64,000 nt of DNA from an uncultured delta proteobacterium (lineage in GTDB: Bacteria; Desulfobacterota; Binatia; Binatales; Binataceae): the NCBI GenBank assembly GCA_963724765.1, contig CAVRVY010000003.1, positions 800,001-864,000 of the forward strand, read 5' to 3'. The notes below the pieces were generated by a model, which did not search any database, was not told the DNA's origin, and saw only the letters and a list, made by a program, of their open reading frames with translations. Below, one piece after another: positions 20,714 to 30,168 of the stretch. Made by a program: the position numbers and the translations under genes. The stretch's first letter is position 1, and each line of letters opens with the position of its first letter.

Positions 20714-22051
20714 ATGACGGCGGGGTGGTTGCGAATGCACGGATCAAAGCAGGCCGTCTTCGCCAATCTAGAAACGCAAATATCGAGGATTCGACCGAGG
20801 CTTTCCGAAAAGCGTCGGCCTTTTATCATCGAATTCGCGGGTACGCCTAAGTCCGGAAAGACGACGACCATCAGCGCAGTACACCAATTTCTCAAGAGAA
20901 ACGGCGTGATTGTTCGCACCTCGCAGGAGCGCGCTTCGGTCGCACCATTGATAGATAAGGGCACAGCTTTCTTCAACACGTGGGTTACATGCGCTACTCT
21001 CAACGGAATAATTGAGGCGCTGGAGGACGAAAAGCTGGATGTTCTCATTCTGGACAGAGGGCTTTTTGACGGCTTAGTCTGGATCGACTGGCAAGAAAAA
21101 ACGCACCGAGTGTCTGAAGCGGAAGCGAAGGAATTTCGGAGCTTTGTACTGACACCTAGGTGGCGCGGCCTCGTCGATTTAGTGTTCCTCATGCACTGCG
21201 ATGCCAAAACCTCTCTCAAGAGAGAACATGAAAAACAGATTACCCGCCGGCATGGAGCCATAATGAATGTCGCCACTCTTGCTCAGATACGCCGGCACTA
21301 TTTGAAGGCAGCCAGACGTTATGCAGGATATTTCAAATCCTTCAAGGTCATCAAAAACAGCCCAGGCCCCGAGATGAAAACGATCACATATATCGCCAAG
21401 CTTGTGCTGAATTCGCTGGGTCGATTCGCGGACGAAGAGGTGCTTTGCCTGCCGAGGAAGTCCGTGGAAGGTCAGATCAAGCTTTCCGAGAAGAAAGTGG
21501 TGACGCCTAGTTGGAAAGCAGTTACGCGACTTGTCAATCGACGTGTAACATACGTGGCGAGATCGACCGCTGAGGTATCGGACCAGCTTCTGCAGGTCGT
21601 TCCAGTCTGCATCATACGAAACGGCAGCCGATTTCTCACCAACGTGCGGCACGAACCAGGCGAATCGTTACATGAAGCATTTGGTAATTGGGCTGGTGGC
21701 CATGTGAGGAAGCAAGATTTGGATGACGCGGGATCGAAATGGGAAAGCGTGTTGGCGGGGCTACGAAGGGAACTACATGAAGAGCTCTCGTTGGAGGATT
21801 TGCCTCGGCTGGTGCCAATTGGAATCGTTCACAGTTCGGAAGACGAACGTGCCGCCCGCCACATAGGGATTGTTTTCGAAGTGACCTTTTCTGATCCTGC
21901 CAACATTGCCGCGTTCGACAACAAGACAATCCGTGAGCGACCGAACCGCTACGTGAAAACCAGTTGGATGGAAAGGAAAGAGCTTTCTCGCAACCTTGAT
22001 TCTCAAAGAGATTGGTCAAGGGCGATAAGCTCCTTCTTGGTTGAAGCGTAG
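20714..22051 (+). CDS. dNMP/thymidylate kinase-like P-loop domain fused to a YmaB(COG4112)-like Nudix hydrolase
   Basis: IEFAGTPKSGKTT and LDRG in the N half; AE..QVVP, GGHV...GLRRELHEEL, HIG and WS in the C half; A/T-rich codons. Confidence 0.8.
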   Translation: MTAGWLRMHGSKQAVFANLETQISRIRPRLSEKRRPFIIEFAGTPKSGKTTTISAVHQFLKRNGVIVRTSQERASVAPLIDKGTAFFNTWVTCATLNGIIEALEDEKLDVLILDRGLFDGLVWIDWQEKTHRVSEAEAKEFRSFVLTPRWRGLVDLVFLMHCDAKTSLKREHEKQITRRHGAIMNVATLAQIRRHYLKAARRYAGYFKSFKVIKNSPGPEMKTITYIAKLVLNSLGRFADEEVLCLPRKSVEGQIKLSEKKVVTPSWKAVTRLVNRRVTYVARSTAEVSDQLLQVVPVCIIRNGSRFLTNVRHEPGESLHEAFGNWAGGHVRKQDLDDAGSKWESVLAGLRRELHEELSLEDLPRLVPIGIVHSSEDERAARHIGIVFEVTFSDPANIAAFDNKTIRERPNRYVKTSWMERKELSRNLDSQRDWSRAISSFLVEA

Positions 22052-22292
22052 TGTCGGTAGATGAACTTGTGGCGATCTACCCGCTGATTGCATATCAGCC
22101 GCCCCCGAAATTCTCAAACAACGGCGCGCGCTTTTTGTGGCCGGTGCCAAGCTGGTGCCAAAGAATCGGAGCCCTGGGTTATTCCTATGCGCATAGGATT
22201 CCAGGGCGACCTCCGACAGTCCCGGCTTCTAGACGCTTGGCCGGCGCGTTCTGATCACCTGCTCGATGCCGCGCTCGGAGAAGCCGCCGCTC

Positions 22293-22700
22293 TTAATCGC
22301 GGCCGTATCTCCGGTTGCGCCAAATTGGCGCCGCACTATCCCGTGAGGCCGCTGAGCTCTTAGTATGCAGATACTCGTCGATGCCGCGCTCGGAAAACCG
22401 CAGGCAGCGCGATTTCAGTCTGTGTGTGAACGGATAGAAGTCCGCGTTGCGATAGAGCGTGTCGCGTGCGATCCCCAGCAGTGCCGCCGCCTCGTCCGCA
22501 TGCAGCATCCGGTCCGGTCCGCTTGGCATGCTGGCCAGCGCCCCGGGCTCCCCGGACAGCATGATGCGTCGCGCCTTCAGCGCGCCTCGAGCCATCTCCA
22601 ACATTGCGATCAGTTGCCGTGTCGCATCGGCGGAAAGAGCGTTCACGCGCAGCGGATCCCGCGCGATGTCATCCAGGGTGATATTCTCGTTCTGGTTCAT
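22293..22700 (-). CDS. Excisionase-like helix-turn-helix protein
   Basis: DRML.ADEAAALLGI.RDTLY...PF...RFSERGI. Confidence 0.8.
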   Translation of the reverse strand: MNQNENITLDDIARDPLRVNALSADATRQLIAMLEMARGALKARRIMLSGEPGALASMPSGPDRMLHADEAAALLGIARDTLYRNADFYPFTHRLKSRCLRFSERGIDEYLHTKSSAASRDSAAPIWRNRRYGRD

Positions 22701-22755
22701 TCTCGCTTCACCTCACTATTCGAGTCTCCTGCCGTGTTGCCTGCCGTGCAGCGCT

Positions 22756-23901
22756 TTACAGCCGCATCGGCATGATGACCGCTTGGGGCGAGTCCGCCGC
22801 TCCTGCCGTGGTGATCACGCAAGGGCTCGTCGGGTCCGCCAGCCGAAACACAAGCTCGTCGCCCAGCGTCGCGATCGCGCCCAGCAGATAGCTCGCGTTG
22901 AAGCCTGCCGCCATCTCGGCATCGCGCACGTCGCCTTTGGCCGCGATGCCTTCGCTCGCCTCGCCGCGCTCCGGGTCGGACGCGGAAACGGTCAGCCGAC
23001 CGGATGCGAAGGCCAGCCGGACGCCGTGATAGCGGGCGTTGCTGAACGGCATGACCGCACCTATCGCAAGCCGCAGAGTATCGCGCCACACGGTCAGCGC
23101 AGCGTCTTGCGCGGACGCCTTGGGAATCACGCCTCGATAGTCGGGAAACTCGCCTTCGACCGTGCGCCCCTTGTAGAGCGCGCCCGCCACGTTGAACGCG
23201 ATGACCGGACGCTCCGCGAGCCCGTCGTTGCTTCGCTCCGCGCCCGTGTCGGGCATCCGGAGCGCCATGCGAACGTCGCCAGCCGGGCGCGCGCCCAGGG
23301 CCGTGCGCAGCGCGGCCAGCAGCTTCCGCGGAATGATGAACGGCGCAAACCGCTCCGTCGCCAATGGGCGCTCGGTCAGCGCGAGCCTATGCCCGTCGGT
23401 TGCGACCATGCGGACGCGCTGATTGCCCGCGCGCTCAAACAACACGCCGCTCAGGTTGTAGCGCGCCTCATCTGGCGAGACGGCATAAAGCGTGGCGTCG
23501 ATCATTTCCGCGAGCATCGCGGCCGGAAGTATCACCCGCAGCCGTGGGGCGCCCGTGGGAAAGTCGGCCGGAAAACTCGCCGGGTCGAGTCCGACCAGCC
23601 GCGCGCTCGTACCGTTGACCGCAACGCGCACGTCCGCCGAAGCGCTCGCGCCGTCCGGGCCGTCGGATACTTTCGGTGGGTCGGACGCTTCGAGCGTCAC
23701 GGTTTGCGCCGCTCCGCGCCCGCTCGCGGATGATGGCTGGCTGCGCTTGAGTACCGCGAGCAAGGTCCGCGCATCGACCGTGGCGACGCCAGCCGCGTGC
23801 GTCTGACATGGGATGCGGGTTGCGTAGGCCATCTCAAGGTCCGTCGCGCGGAGCATCAGGCATCCGTTGGCTTCGAGCGCAACGTGGGCCAGGATCGGCA
23901 C
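22756..23901 (-). CDS. dnaN: DNA polymerase III beta clamp homologue, 5'-truncated
   Basis: PIL, ATDLE, AVS.DEARYNLSGV, VATDGHRL, GEFPDY..VIP, GFNASYL, VIMPMRL. Confidence 0.9.
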   Translation of the reverse strand: MPILAHVALEANGCLMLRATDLEMAYATRIPCQTHAAGVATVDARTLLAVLKRSQPSSASGRGAAQTVTLEASDPPKVSDGPDGASASADVRVAVNGTSARLVGLDPASFPADFPTGAPRLRVILPAAMLAEMIDATLYAVSPDEARYNLSGVLFERAGNQRVRMVATDGHRLALTERPLATERFAPFIIPRKLLAALRTALGARPAGDVRMALRMPDTGAERSNDGLAERPVIAFNVAGALYKGRTVEGEFPDYRGVIPKASAQDAALTVWRDTLRLAIGAVMPFSNARYHGVRLAFASGRLTVSASDPERGEASEGIAAKGDVRDAEMAAGFNASYLLGAIATLGDELVFRLADPTSPCVITTAGAADSPQAVIMPMRL

Positions 23902-24236
23902 GGTTGCGCGCCGCTCGCAGGTCGAGGAATGGATCGCCGCGCGCCCTCTAGTAGCACCAGACTATACGCCCGACGCGGCTCACGGCAGTTAGCGGACAGC
24001 GCCGGTTCGAGCGCTCGCTCCGCTCGCCGGCGCCAATGGAATTGTGGAGGGGAGGGGGGATGCTGGGGATGGGAAATTCTACTAGGACGCGCTGCCAAGT
24101 CCTACCTATTCAGGGCCGCCCGCGCGGCCGCCGACACATCTATCGCTTGTGCTCGCCGCGGTTGAAACTGACTCTGCCTGAGCGCGTTTGGTCGCCTATC
24201 TGATGCCGAGCTGCGCGCGCGCTGGGAGCCAGGCCG

Positions 24237-26299
24237 ATGACGCAGCTCGCGAGGCCAATCGCGCTCAAGGTCGTTCCGAGCGCGATCCCCGATGAGCTCA
24301 AGGATGACCAATGGGTCAACTGGCGCTCTGAGCTACGCCCCAACGGCAAGGGCGAGCAACGCCATACGAAGCCGCCACTGAAACCAAGCGGCGAGTACGC
24401 CAAAAGCACGGACGCGACGACCTGGTCGCCGTTCTCGGAAGTCATGGCGGCCTATGCGCGCGGCGACTTCGACGGTATCGGCCGAGTATTTTGTAGTGAC
24501 GATCCCTATGTGGTGGTCGATCTAGACCATTGCAGAAATCCGGCTAACGGCACCGTGGATCGGTGCGCTATCGAGCTGATCCGGCTATTGCGTTCGTACA
24601 CGGAGGTGTCGCCCAGCGGCGCCGGCGTTCGCATCGTCGTGCGTGCGAAACTGCCGGCGGACTCGCGCAATCGCACAGGCAACATCGAGATCTACGACAA
24701 CGCGCGCTATGCAACATTTACTGGCTATCGGCTGCCGGGCGCAGTGGTTACTGTGGAGCCGCGCCAAGACGAGGTCGAGGAATTCCAGCGTCGCGTATTC
24801 CCGGCTGAGCCCAAAGCGGAAGTTCACAACACAACGGACGTAATGGCGCTTCCCCGAGTCTCGATGATCAGGCGCTGCTCGAGCGCGCACGCCAGTCGCG
24901 CAGTGGAGAGAAGTTCACTCAACTCTTCGATCGAGGCGATTGCAATGGCTATTCGTCGCAAAGCGAAGCGGATCTTGCGCTGTGCGGGATGCTGGCTTTT
25001 TGGTTTGGTGGCGATACCGCCGCAATAGATAGGGTCTTCAGAAGTTCCGCATTGTTCCGCGACAAGTGGAATCGATCTGATTATAGGGAATCGACCATTA
25101 CCGCGGCCCTCAGCGGCCGAAGAGAGTTCTACGATCCGAATCGACGGCCGCCGGATGAGAATGACGCAAAAGCAGCGTCAGCCGATCCAGATAGTCAAGG
25201 ACAGCAATCCGATAGCCAGTCGCAGCAATCATCGGCGGATAGTCAATCACAGAACGGCGCTGGCCTGGGCCTCGTCTCGGCTGCTATCGTCAAGATTAAG
25301 CCCGTCCGGTGGACGTGGCCCCACTACTTTCCTGCCGGCAAGCTCTGCGACATCGAGGGCAACCCCGGCGATGGCAAAAGCATCCTGCTCGCGGATATTG
25401 CCGCGCGCGTGACTATCGGAGCACCGTGGCCCGATGGCGCGCTTGGCGGCGAACCGGGCAACGTTCTCCTGTTCTCTGCCGAAGATGATTCCTCGGACAC
25501 GATAGTTCCTCGTCTCGTGGCCGCCGGCGCGGATCTCTCTCGCGTTCACATAATTGGCGCCTCGTCGCCGGCATTCCCCGAAGACTGCGATCAGCTCGAA
25601 CAGGCTATCCGCAAACACAGCGCGAAGATGGTGATGTTCGATCCGATCGATCCCTTTCTCGATCCGCGGATCGATGGAAATAAAAACGCCGATGTGCGCC
25701 GAGCGCTGTCCCAATTGCGCGGCGTCGCTGAAGCGACCGCATGTCCGGCTTTACTGATTCGCCATCTTAGCAAAGACGGGAAAGTTACTAACGCGATTTA
25801 CCGGGGACTAGGCTCGATTGCATATACCGCGGCCGCGCGGGCGACGTTTTTAGTCGGCCGCAAGCCCGATGACCCTGACGTGCGCGTGCTCTGCGGCATC
25901 AAGTGTAACCTGTCGAGACTGCCAGCAGCGCTGAGTTTCAAGATCGTCGAGGTCACCATAGTCGGCGAGGGTGAGAAGAACGCTGAGCCGATCAAGACTC
26001 AGCGGATCGAGTGGCTCGGGCCGGTGGAAGTGAGTTCGCGCGAATTGTTGACGGAGCCCGAGCCTACGCGGCGCGGACCCAAACCTGCGAAGCGTGAAGC
26101 GGCCGAAGCTTTGATCAGGGAGTTCCTGGCGGATGGCCTCGAGCACTCCAGCGATGAACTGGAGGCAATGGCGACGGCCGCCGGGATCTCCCACGGGGTG
26201 CTTTGGCAGACGCGCAAGGAGATTGGCGTGCGGTCACGGAAACGGGGATTCGCGGCCGATTGGCTGATTTGGTTGCCGAGTGAGCAGGAGGTGCCGTGA
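24237..26299 (+). pseudogene. Primase-polymerase / helix bundle / AAA_25 helicase split by a 5 bp duplication
   Basis: DLDHC, YTEVSPSG, IEIYD; SQSEADLALC..LAFW; GNPGDGKS, AED, DP, RH; removing one CACAA at 24825-24835 gives one 685 aa ORF. Confidence 0.88.
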
Positions 26300-26443
26300 T
26301 CGAATATGCGTTGTCGATGGTGCGGACAACCGGCCGGCATCGTGCCGATGTGCAGCGCGAAGTGTTTTCTATGGACGACGCGTTGCGGATGGTTCGATCC
26401 AAAGCGGCTATGGGAAAAGCAAACCGACAAGGAAAACGAGGAA

Positions 26444-26701
26444 ATGGCTAACGGCAAAGATTATCCCAACTCGGGGATACTGTTTAAGAACGACCGCAGG
26501 CGCAACGATCGCGATCCAGAGTACGCAGGTAGCGGTGACATAACCTGTCCACGGTGCAATGCGCGGTTTCAGTTTTGGCTCAACGCATGGGTGAAGGCCG
26601 CAAGGACGGGCGCAAAGTTTTTCTCCGTCTCATTCAAGCCGAAAAACTCGCGGTCGCAGGCGGCGGCTACGGCAGTCGATAACGATGACATCCCGTGGTG
26701 A
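26444..26701 (+). CDS. Small phage-type ssDNA-binding protein candidate
   Basis: NSG.LFKN...PEY.G...LNAW..FFS pattern; acidic tail DNDDIPW; GAGG RBS. Confidence 0.6.
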   Translation: MANGKDYPNSGILFKNDRRRNDRDPEYAGSGDITCPRCNARFQFWLNAWVKAARTGAKFFSVSFKPKNSRSQAAATAVDNDDIPW

Positions 26702-26705
26702 ACCG

Positions 26706-27062
26706 ATGAAGAACAATGACGCACGAAGGTCCGAACCGGCCGCCACGGTGAAGCGGCCAGCCAGCACGGCACAGACCCCGGCGACGCTAAGCAGGACACA
26801 GTACGCGCGCCAGGAGATCGCGCGCGCGCGGCCCGACCTGGAGGAATTCAATTGGGACGACTTCGCAATGGGGCGGCTCGCGGACATGCTTCAGCCCGGC
26901 GACATCATCGACTTCATCGGAGTTGCCGGGGTGCGGTTTGGACCGCCGAGTCAGCCCGGGCTCTACGGCTGTAGTCGATGGCCGGCGCCGCCCGAGCGAC
27001 CGCCCGAGCCATCGGTTGACGAGCGAATCCGAGCGCACTTGCACGGGCGGAAATTCGCATGA
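26706..27062 (+). CDS. Hypothetical protein
   Basis: Closely packed in the operon; ATGA overlap with next gene. Confidence 0.55.
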   Translation: MKNNDARRSEPAATVKRPASTAQTPATLSRTQYARQEIARARPDLEEFNWDDFAMGRLADMLQPGDIIDFIGVAGVRFGPPSQPGLYGCSRWPAPPERPPEPSVDERIRAHLHGRKFA

Positions 27063-27427
27063 GCAAAGACTTCCGCGTCTACGTCTATCCGAATGGCCAC
27101 CACTGCTGGATGACGCAAGAGGTCAGCACGGGGTTTGCCTCGACCGGCGAATCGCGCGCCGAGGCGCTCATCCTGTTCAAGAACGTTTGGAACGATCGGG
27201 CGCCGTTCACTCTGGTCGACGGCGCACCTCCGCGACCGAAGCGAGAGGATGCGCCACAGGAGCCGGGCCCGGCTCTGGATGAAGGCGTGAAGCTGCCGGG
27301 CTATGCGGTCTACAGGCGCCTCGCCAAGCGCTTTCACAGCGACGCTCACCCCGGCGCGAGCTTTACGGCCGACCAAGTGATGGGCGCGATCAACGAATTG
27401 TGGACCGCAATGAGGGGCGCGAAGTGA
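27059..27427 (+). CDS. Hypothetical protein with partial J-domain-like C-terminus
   Basis: YRRLAKRFHSD..PG...M..INE.W; coupled to both neighbours. Confidence 0.6.
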   Translation: MSKDFRVYVYPNGHHCWMTQEVSTGFASTGESRAEALILFKNVWNDRAPFTLVDGAPPRPKREDAPQEPGPALDEGVKLPGYAVYRRLAKRFHSDAHPGASFTADQVMGAINELWTAMRGAK

Positions 27428-28029
27428 GCAAGGCACGCAAACCGCGGACGCTGATGCAACGCGCGAAGGCCACGAAAGAGCCCGATAAAGCGATATGGAC
27501 GCTGTTCGAGGCCGCCCGCGACGAGCTGCGCAAAATGGCGCGCGAGGGCGTCGTCGATGCGGATGCGGCGGACAAGTACCATCCGGTGCGCACGCTGATC
27601 AGGATCGAGCACGATACAACCGTGCCGGCGACCATCCGGCTTTTGGCCGCGAAGGAAATCCTTTCGTACGTCGAGGCGCCCAAATCGGCCACGCTGAAGT
27701 TGGAGGCCAACGACCCGGGCGACCAGTCCATCACGATCATCGTCGCGCCCTACGCCGCGGCCGGCGGCGCACGCCGCATCGAGGCCGCGCCCGCCGCCAT
27801 CGAGGCGCCGCGTGAGGTTGACCCGCCAGTCGAGGCCGAAGTCGTGGAGCCGGTCGAAGACCCCAAGCGCATCGTCGCTTTCACGCCGCACGGAAATCCG
27901 GTGAGCGCCGAACGTCTCGCGCAGTTGAAAGACATGCAGACCGACCTGAGTAGATCACGCTGGCGCCGACGCCGGAAGTGCGCGAGCCGGGATTTCAGCC
28001 CTATGAGATGCGCAACGGCAGGCCGGTAA
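27424..28029 (+). CDS. Phage hypothetical protein, possibly terminase small subunit-like
   Basis: GTGA overlap; IRLLAAKEILSYVEAPK helix then a beta segment; function is a guess. Confidence 0.45.
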   Translation: MSKARKPRTLMQRAKATKEPDKAIWTLFEAARDELRKMAREGVVDADAADKYHPVRTLIRIEHDTTVPATIRLLAAKEILSYVEAPKSATLKLEANDPGDQSITIIVAPYAAAGGARRIEAAPAAIEAPREVDPPVEAEVVEPVEDPKRIVAFTPHGNPVSAERLAQLKDMQTDLSRSRWRRRRKCASRDFSPMRCATAGR

Positions 28030-28123
28030 AAACGAGCTGGCAGGAACGCGAGGAGCGGCTTGCCGAAGGCGCCGAAGCGCGACGTGCGTCGCAGGCCAAG
28101 GTCATCATCGAGGAGTAGACGCG

Positions 28124-28366
28124 ATGCAAGGACGCGATATCTGCCCGCAGTGTGACGCAACGCCTTTGGTCCGCGCCGCGCAGCGACGCGATCAGTGCCA
28201 TGAGTTGGTCGTGTTCGACAATGAGCCGTTTTTGGAAGGTGAGCCGGGCATGGTCGCGGTGCGCGTGGCGGTGCCTGTCACCCGGCGTGTCGGGTGGGTG
28301 TGGCATCCCACAATGAGGGAATGGGTTCCAATCGTGCGCACGTTGGCGGCAAAGAAAGGGAACTGA
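28124..28366 (+). CDS. Hypothetical protein with CPQC motif
   Basis: GAGGAG RBS, 80 aa. Confidence 0.55.
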   Translation: MQGRDICPQCDATPLVRAAQRRDQCHELVVFDNEPFLEGEPGMVAVRVAVPVTRRVGWVWHPTMREWVPIVRTLAAKKGN

Positions 28367-28414
28367 GTAACGTACCGCATACTGCGGGAATAACCAGTGA
28401 CGGAGAAATGAGTA

Positions 28415-28603
28415 ATGAGCAATACCGACGGTCAGCATAGACCTTCAACAATCGGACCGCAACATAACTCAGGCCAGCGGCAAGTACCCAAAGACCCGCG
28501 ATCGAGCGGTCACGACCTGGGCAGAAGCATTGTCCCGCCGAGCAGACGTGACGGAGACATCGACACGACTTCAGGCGCCGCGGGCGACGACGACTGTCCG
28601 TAG
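28415..28603 (+). CDS. Small disordered hypothetical protein
   Basis: GGAG upstream, same strand as the operon. Confidence 0.35.
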   Translation: MSNTDGQHRPSTIGPQHNSGQRQVPKDPRSSGHDLGRSIVPPSRRDGDIDTTSGAAGDDDCP

Positions 28604-28851
28604 GTTCAACCGTGGATATCAAAATCGCAGGCAAGGTCTTCAATTGGGAGCGCGAGCTATCGACGCCCGCCGCGAGGCGCAAGACGCTCGCCGACCCGGC
28701 CAACGAGCAGTTGATTCGACAAATTCAAGCTGATCCGAAGCGGTTTGGGCTTGAGGCTGCCGACGTGGAAGGGATCGTGCGCTAGTCGACCGGGGAATAC
28801 GACGGCGCGACCGCCCAAGAGCTGCGCGAGAATTTCGCGTCAGAGGAAAAC

Positions 28852-29310
28852 ATGAACGACAAACAAATGACCGAGCTGCAAAACCTTTACGCCAGCAGCG
28901 AATACAGACGCGCCTCGAATATCATGCGCACGGACCGCGCGAAGCTGAACGACCCCGCAAATCGTGCCGAGCGCCTGGCGTGGAACCGCGCGCAGGAGCT
29001 CGAGGCGGCCATGAAGGCGGAGCAGCCTGCCCGCCAAGATCGCGACTATGCGGGCAACCCGAAATCACCGGGCGGCGTGATGAAGCCGACCGATCGCTAC
29101 GTCCCGACCACGATCAGCGAGCTGGCGAAGCTGCCGCCCGTCGAGCAGGCCAACAAAGCCCGGGAACTGCGCGCCAGCATCCGCGACAACAAGGCGCATC
29201 CGTACTGGAACGAGCACCACGAAGGCCACAAGCAGGCGGTCGAGGAAATGGCGCTGCTCTACAAGGCCGAGCAGCTAACGGACGGTACGCCGACGCTCGG
29301 CGAGGAATAA
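28852..29310 (+). CDS. Protein with capsid scaffold-like C-terminus
   Basis: GAGG RBS; helical; HPYWNEHHEGHKQAVEEM..LY resembles podovirus scaffold tails. Confidence 0.55.
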   Translation: MNDKQMTELQNLYASSEYRRASNIMRTDRAKLNDPANRAERLAWNRAQELEAAMKAEQPARQDRDYAGNPKSPGGVMKPTDRYVPTTISELAKLPPVEQANKARELRASIRDNKAHPYWNEHHEGHKQAVEEMALLYKAEQLTDGTPTLGEE

Positions 29311-29333
29311 TCAGTCAAGGAGAGAATGAGCAA

Positions 29334-29618
29334 ATGGATACTCGCAACCGACAAGATGATCAGCCTTCCAGCCGTGGCCCGGACCGCCAGCAAGGCAGCC
29401 CAAGCGGCGCGCACCATCCGAGTGATCTTCGGCGCAGAGAGCATCAGGCGCAGCCCGACGACGTGCATCATCATGCCGCGCCGGAGAGCCGCGAAGACCT
29501 GGCCCGACGCGTTGATCGCGAGCATCAGGAACGTCTCGCCCACCATCACGGCGGACACGCCGATGAGCATGCGAAGTCCGGTGGCGACGATGGCCGACCG
29601 TTCGCCGGCAAGCGCTGA
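29334..29618 (+). CDS. His/Asp/Arg-rich disordered small protein (frame uncertain)
   Basis: AGGAG RBS; MDTRNRQDD...; the ATG at 29326 opens a competing frame. Confidence 0.35.
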   Translation: MDTRNRQDDQPSSRGPDRQQGSPSGAHHPSDLRRREHQAQPDDVHHHAAPESREDLARRVDREHQERLAHHHGGHADEHAKSGGDDGRPFAGKR

Positions 29619-29671
29619 CACCGGAGCGCGCGACACGTCGGCGCCGCGGAAGCTGAATCGCGAGGACCTGA

Positions 29672-29857
29672 TTACCCTGGCGCCTTCGATTCGTCGATCT
29701 TCGCGATCAGACGGTCGAGCACCGCGTGCGGATCGAAGCCCGGGCGCAACAGCATCACGCTCGGATGGCGCATGCGACGTGACCGCTGCGATTCCTTGTG
29801 CAGCTTTCGGAGTACGCGCTCTTCGCGCGGCTCAATGACAATCGCTATATCGAACAT
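29672..29857 (-). CDS. Small hypothetical protein
   Basis: GGAGG RBS, 61 aa, downstream of the RHH gene. Confidence 0.45.
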   Translation of the reverse strand: MFDIAIVIEPREERVLRKLHKESQRSRRMRHPSVMLLRPGFDPHAVLDRLIAKIDESKAPG

Positions 29858-29987
29858 CGCCCCTCCCCCTGCTCCCGGACAGGCGACGAATATAGCTTAG
29901 CAGCTTTAGTCTGCGGGAGACTGTAGACAAGACATGTCCACAGCTTATCCGCCGATCACCACACAAACGCCCCCGTGACCCGTACGG

Positions 29988-30158
29988 TCAGCGCGGCCTC
30001 TTAGCTGGGCGCTTCGGTAGCGAGGCAAGCTGCGCGCGCACTAGCCTGCTAACGAAATAGGAAAGACTCCGATCTTCCTTTGTGGCTGCGGCCTCAAGCG
30101 CGCGCCACTCCGCGTCCGTAAGAACCAGCCTAACCGTCCGTCGAGTATCAGCCGCCAT
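29988..30158 (-). CDS. Ribbon-helix-helix (CopG/Arc-like) repressor, 56 aa, absent from the ORF track
   Basis: Manual translation MAADTRRTVRLVLTDAEWRALEAAATKEDRSLSYFVSRLVRAQL... Confidence 0.75.
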   Translation of the reverse strand: MAADTRRTVRLVLTDAEWRALEAAATKEDRSLSYFVSRLVRAQLASLPKRPAKRPR

Positions 30159-30168
30159 CTCCACACCC

